Origin: Parcubacteria group bacterium
GTDB taxonomy: Bacteria > Patescibacteriota > Minisyncoccia > UBA6257 > Colwellbacteraceae
Direction of reading: 5' to 3'
DNA length: 64,000 nucleotides
Assembly: GCA_041649615.1 (NCBI GenBank)
Contig: JBAZMT010000003.1
Coordinates: 1,297-65,296, forward strand
Below the pieces are notes generated by a model. It was given only the letters and a program-made list of their open reading frames with translations. It made no database searches and was not told the DNA's origin. Position 1 is the first letter of the stretch, and each line of letters begins with the position of its first letter. Positions 63,128-64,000 of the stretch are shown here, in pieces. Made by a program: the position numbers and the translations under genes.

Positions 63128-64000
63128 AGACGACACACTCGGCAAGGGTACTTGCAGACTCGATTGCGAATGGAGTACGGCTGGTCACAATGGAAGTGAC
63201 CTTCCCTCGCATAATCTTGGCAGAGGTGAACACTCATCGGGTGTTCTCGCGCTGCTCAGCAAGCTCGAGGGCTATCCCAATCGAGAAGATGATCGAACGG
63301 GCAATGACTGACCCGTACGTTCCGAAGCGTTGGCTCACCAATCAACGTGGGATGCAGGGTGGCGAGGAGATACCAGTCAGTGCTCAGCTTGCTGCTCGAA
63401 CTCAATGGCTCATTGCCAGAGATCGTGCAGTCGAGCAGGCGACGGTCTTGAAGGGCTTAGGCATTCACAAGCAATGGGCGAACAGGCTCCTCGAGCCGTT
63501 TCTTTGGCATACTGCCATCATCAGTTCTACCGAGTGGGACAACTTCTTTTTCCAGCGCATCCATCCCGATGCTCACCCTGACATGTTCGAGACTGCGACT
63601 GCGATGGGTGTAGCGATGCGTGAGAGCACGCCTCAGCAATTCCTCAGTGACAGTGAATGGCATCTACCGTTCATTGACAATGCCGACTTCTATTCCCATC
63701 CGGAGTTTCGACGCAACTTCGAATGGAAGAAGGTTAGCGTCGGCAGGTGCGCTCGCATCAGCTACCTGAATCACAACGGCGTTTGTGATGTGTCTGAGGA
63801 CATCGCGCTTCATGATCGCATGATGGAGCACGGGCACATGAGCCCGTACGAGCACGTCGCACGCCCGATGTCGGACAAGGAACTCGAGTTCGGAACCTAT
63901 TGTTGGACGAAGGAGAAGGGCGATTTCATCGCCGCTCCGTTCAAGGGAAACTTCCGAGGGTGGGTTTCTTATAGGAAGGAAATTCAAGGTGAGGAGAACA
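63124..64000 (+). CDS. thyX: flavin-dependent thymidylate synthase ThyX-like (3' end truncated by the window edge)
   Basis: My translation from the ATG at 63124: NTHRVFSRCSASSRA resembles the ThyX RHR-x7-S-x-R motif, and MEHGHMSPYEHVA resembles the conserved GH.S..EH block. No stop codon before position 64000. Confidence 0.5.
   Translation, partial: MKTTHSARVLADSIANGVRLVTMEVTFPRIILAEVNTHRVFSRCSASSRAIPIEKMIERAMTDPYVPKRWLTNQRGMQGGEEIPVSAQLAARTQWLIARDRAVEQATVLKGLGIHKQWANRLLEPFLWHTAIISSTEWDNFFFQRIHPDAHPDMFETATAMGVAMRESTPQQFLSDSEWHLPFIDNADFYSHPEFRRNFEWKKVSVGRCARISYLNHNGVCDVSEDIALHDRMMEHGHMSPYEHVARPMSDKELEFGTYCWTKEKGDFIAAPFKGNFRGWVSYRKEIQGEEN

Noticed and set aside
1-64000. CRISPR arrays, tRNA, tmRNA or rRNA genes
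   Set aside because: No regularly spaced identical repeats with unique spacers were seen. Cloverleaf-like candidates in the 27343-28065 and 57404-57565 non-coding regions were considered; none gave a convincing acceptor stem with a CCA-proximal structure by eye.

Overview
Almost certainly a single-orientation segment of a large, high-GC (~60%) tailed-phage or prophage genome: about 77 genes, all but one on the + strand and tightly packed with overlapping stop/start codons (ATGA, TAATG). The window reads left to right as four modules.
(1) Virion and contractile-tail module (187-22817): a 1116-aa repeat-rich fibre-like protein, a Mu gpG-like morphogenesis protein, sheath, tube, chaperone, tape measure, a Mu N/P/gp45/gp46/gp47/gp48-like baseplate, and two tail-fibre proteins, one with internal ~60-aa repeats.
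(2) A GT-A glycosyltransferase followed by a lysis cassette (22814-27342): spanin-like pair, papain-like Cys peptidase, Cys-rich lipoprotein, single-TM protein, and a GH73 glucosaminidase + PG_binding_1 endolysin.
(3) A 720-bp structured intergenic hub (27343-28065).
(4) An early replication, recombination and nucleotide-metabolism module (28066-64000): SF2 helicase, DnaB-like helicase, DnaG-like primase, two small HTH proteins, a MoxR-AAA+/VWA pair (CobS/CobT-like), an ECF-like sigma factor, a Zn-ribbon/lysine-repeat/poly-acidic-tail DNA-binding protein, proofreading family-B DNA polymerase, histone-H1-like protein, RecA-like recombinase, SbcD/SbcC, a QueE-like radical-SAM enzyme, ParB-like protein, SplB-like radical-SAM protein, a candidate DpdA-like protein, an Hjc-like resolvase, many small Zn-ribbon proteins, and a truncated ThyX at the right edge.
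Signals not explained by gene content: (i) a 9-mer, CGCGCTGGA, present at least 22 times on the + strand against once as its reverse complement, in several reading frames and in intergenic DNA (Chi-like oligomer skew); (ii) three families of repeated intergenic motifs, TTGGGNGAGATATCCACACT, TTG(G)CGCGCTAGCGCATGNCNTGCGA and the palindrome CTCACCGGTGAG; (iii) a possible 7-deazaguanine DNA-modification module.
No rRNA, tRNA or CRISPR array was seen.
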